Source: Tubulanus polymorphus (taxonomy: Eukaryota; Animalia; Nemertea). Taken from it: a DNA stretch of 64,000 bases. Numbering within the stretch: the stretch's first letter is position 1; each line of letters begins with the position of its first letter. The position numbers were made by a program, and so were the translations under genes. Shown piece by piece: positions 61,333-64,000 of this stretch. Under the pieces are notes generated by a model. That model worked only from the letters and a program-made list of their open reading frames with translations. It made no database searches and was not told the DNA's origin. Location: contig NC_134028.1 in NCBI RefSeq assembly GCF_964204645.1, positions 11,083,263 through 11,147,262 of the forward strand, in the 5' to 3' direction.

Positions 61333-62186
61333 TGGGATATTTCACCTAAACTTTGACCACAAACCTCAATTTTGCCTTGATATGATGACCAGTGAAACTG
61401 CAGTCTAAATAAACCATCGTTTCTATATCCATTTTGTAATAAATTAAAGCAATGGAAATAGACTCCATTTTATGTAATAAATCAATTTTAACAATATATA
61501 TTTCCATGCCTACCATTTAAAATTATTTTCAAATCTATCAAAATTCGTAGTTCACATAGGTTCGTTGGTGGAATTTCAAAAATGGCTGATCTCCTTTCTC
61601 ATTTCAAAATGAGAAAATGAAGGCTTTTTGTCAATCCTACAATACAATGTGGTTTATTTAGACTGCAGTTTCTTAATTTCATAAAGTTCAAACATAAAGC
61701 AAAAATCCCCAAAAACCAATGTCACACGAAAATAAGTAGATATAAGTGGAAAGAAGCCTATTAGTCTATTTTTTGTCTGCCAGTACTTATTAGGCTATGT
61801 ATAGGCCTATTATAGACACTGGATTAACTGATTATCATTTTTACAGTACCTACAACTCTGATACGAGCCCTGCGGCACCAACCAGCAAATGAAATGTTAT
61901 TGAAATTTATTGCAAAACGAAATATTTTGCAACTTTCAAGCATAAGGTATGAAATTTTAGCCCAATGTCTTTTTATTTTTGTGTGGGGTAGATTTTTTGG
62001 GGTTATTTCTCTTAATGTTTGGACACATACCAATAGCCCATTTTGGTCTTAACACAACCAGTGAAACTGCAGCGCATGAATGAACCATCATTTTTATATC
62101 CATTTTGCACTGGAAGATTGCCAAAAAGTCTTATTTACCGTAACGCATTCGAATGAGAGAAAAGAGACCATAATTTATATGATAAT

Positions 62187-62609
62187 CTATATATTATTAT
62201 CATTAGTTTCAATAATATTATGATAATTAATCTTTTCTTTTTCTACATATTTCTTTGATTTCTTATTTGATGCCCAATTTTTATATAAAATATATTTCTT
62301 ACATGTATCACAATATTTTGGATTATAATAATCTTTTTTTGATTCAATATCATATGTAGAAGGGATATCATTATTAGATGCAGAAGTGAAGGGTAGAATA
62401 TTGTCTTCTATTTTAGATTCAATATTATCTTCTATTTTAGATTCAATATTATCCTCTATTTTAGTTTCAATATTCTTTTCTATTTTACTTATTCTATACT
62501 TGAATTGATAAAATTCTCCAAAATACTTACTATATTCATAAGGTATTATATAATATATATCTGATATCATTTCACTTGGAGTTTGTATTTCATATATTCC
62601 ACATTCCAT
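62187..62609 (-). CDS. Orphan Polinton-style gene with IESKIEDN repeats and a degenerate zinc finger
   Basis: Very AT-rich; TAAATG start; YCDTCKKYI resembles YCTYCKKYI at the pPolB N-terminus. Confidence 0.5.
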   Translation of the reverse strand: MECGIYEIQTPSEMISDIYYIIPYEYSKYFGEFYQFKYRISKIEKNIETKIEDNIESKIEDNIESKIEDNILPFTSASNNDIPSTYDIESKKDYYNPKYCDTCKKYILYKNWASNKKSKKYVEKEKINYHNIIETNDNNI

Positions 62610-62734
62610 TTATTATAAAATTTTTTATTAAAGATTAAAATTTTAATACATAACACAGTGTAATTGTGAATTTGTTATATTTAATCCCGCGTCAGATATG
62701 ATATAAAAATGCATTTTATAATTGTTGCCTCCTT

Positions 62735-64000
62735 TTTAGCCCACTTGGGACTTAAGTCCCAGCGGGCTATTGCGTTCATTTTTCATCCGTCGTCCGTCGT
62801 CCGTCCGTTCGTGCGTCCGTCCGTCCGTAGACGGAATCCAGTTATTTTGGGAAGTTTTGAAGACGCTTCAATGTAATGTCTTGATATTTGGGTTACACAT
62901 GTATCTACCCTAGACACATCTTCAGCCCAAAAACTGGCCCTGTCAGAATTAAGATGGCCGACTGGCAGCCATTGTTGTTTGCCAAAATCAGCACTTTTTA
63001 TACGTTTTTGAACTTTTTGAGGGAATTTTTGAAGACGCTTTGATAAATTAGCTTGATCTTTCGTATATATTTGAATCCCCCAAGGGCCCATAAGCATAAC
63101 AAAAATTGGGTCGATCAGACTCAAGATGACTGTCCTATGACCTTTTTAGTGCCCAAAAATGTCAATTTTGGCCCGAATTCTGAGTCCTGTAGCTTCCTAC
63201 TGGTTTGCCATTGTTCACTGCAATTGCTGATGGGTATTCTTTGGAAAGGGATGTTTTATACCTGAGGTAGGTATTTTTGATCCGCCAATTATGATGCTAT
63301 TGGCGGCCATCTTGGTGTTATCGGTACTCATTCACGGGTGGGAAAAAGTTTTTCGACATTATATTGATACCTAAGCATATTTTGTTACCGCAATGAATTA
63401 GAAAGTTGTAGCTTATAAGGTGTTCTATGACTGTGGTGAGTTTCAAGGTCATTAGTGTTTGTATATGGCCACCAGGGGGCGTTGAATAATATAGTATCTT
63501 AGTATTTCTATATTATATTTGTACCAATGCATATTTTGTTACCACAATCAATTGCAAAGTTGTAACTCATGACATCGCCTATGATTGTGGTCTGTTTTAA
63601 GGACATTAGTTATTCTATATGGTCACCAGGGGGCATTGAATATTAGAATAACTTAGTATTTCCTTATCATATTGGTGCCTAAGCATATTTTGTTAACATG
63701 ATCAATTGCAAAGTTGTAGTTCATGACATGTTCTATGATTGTGGCGAGTTTCAGGGTCATTGGGTTTTGAATATGGTCACCAGGGGGCGTTGAATTGTAG
63801 AATTACCTAGTATTTCCATAATAAATTGGAAACGAGGCATATTTTCACAATCAATTACAAAATGGTAGCATATGACATGTTCTATGATTGTGGCGAGTTT
63901 TAAGGTCATTGGTTTTTTGTATATGGTCACCAGGGGGCGTTGAATATTGAAATTGTTAGATTGTTGAGCATTTGAAACCACTTCCCAAGTGGACATGGTG
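62735..64000 (+). repeat. Second copy of the 56094-57370 HINE (runs to the window end)
   Basis: Collinear similarity along its whole length. Confidence 0.85.

Noticed and set aside
56402-63265. Paired ORFs 56402-56614 and 63053-63265 (also 3283-3489 and 5107-5361)
   Set aside because: Chance frames inside duplicated non-coding HINE repeats

Overview
AT-rich eukaryotic (animal-like, probably marine invertebrate; inferred from the repeat types) nuclear DNA made almost entirely of nested mobile elements, with no host gene recognised. The centrepiece is a complete 17,356-bp Polinton/Maverick-type endogenous DNA virus (35194-52549). It has perfect 85-bp terminal inverted repeats and a 6-bp CAGATT target duplication, and it is inserted into an L1/Tx1 LINE. 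It encodes a protein-primed PolB, a penton-like minor capsid, a major capsid, an rve integrase with chromodomain, an A32-like ATPase and several small membrane proteins. Its pPolB is split at the catalytic YxD|TD motif by a full LAGLIDADG homing-endonuclease intein. Nearly every viral gene starts at a T-tract...TAAATG motif resembling poxvirus late promoters. A second, degraded and rearranged relative (about 6150-15570) carries a free-standing HNH nuclease, and an orphan gene of the same style lies at 62187-62609. The rest of the window holds two tandem APE-RT LINEs, a spliced FLYWCH-MULE transposon, a Gypsy fragment, several MITEs and Helentron-associated (HINE-like) repeats. All family calls come from motif recognition and hand translation, not database searches.
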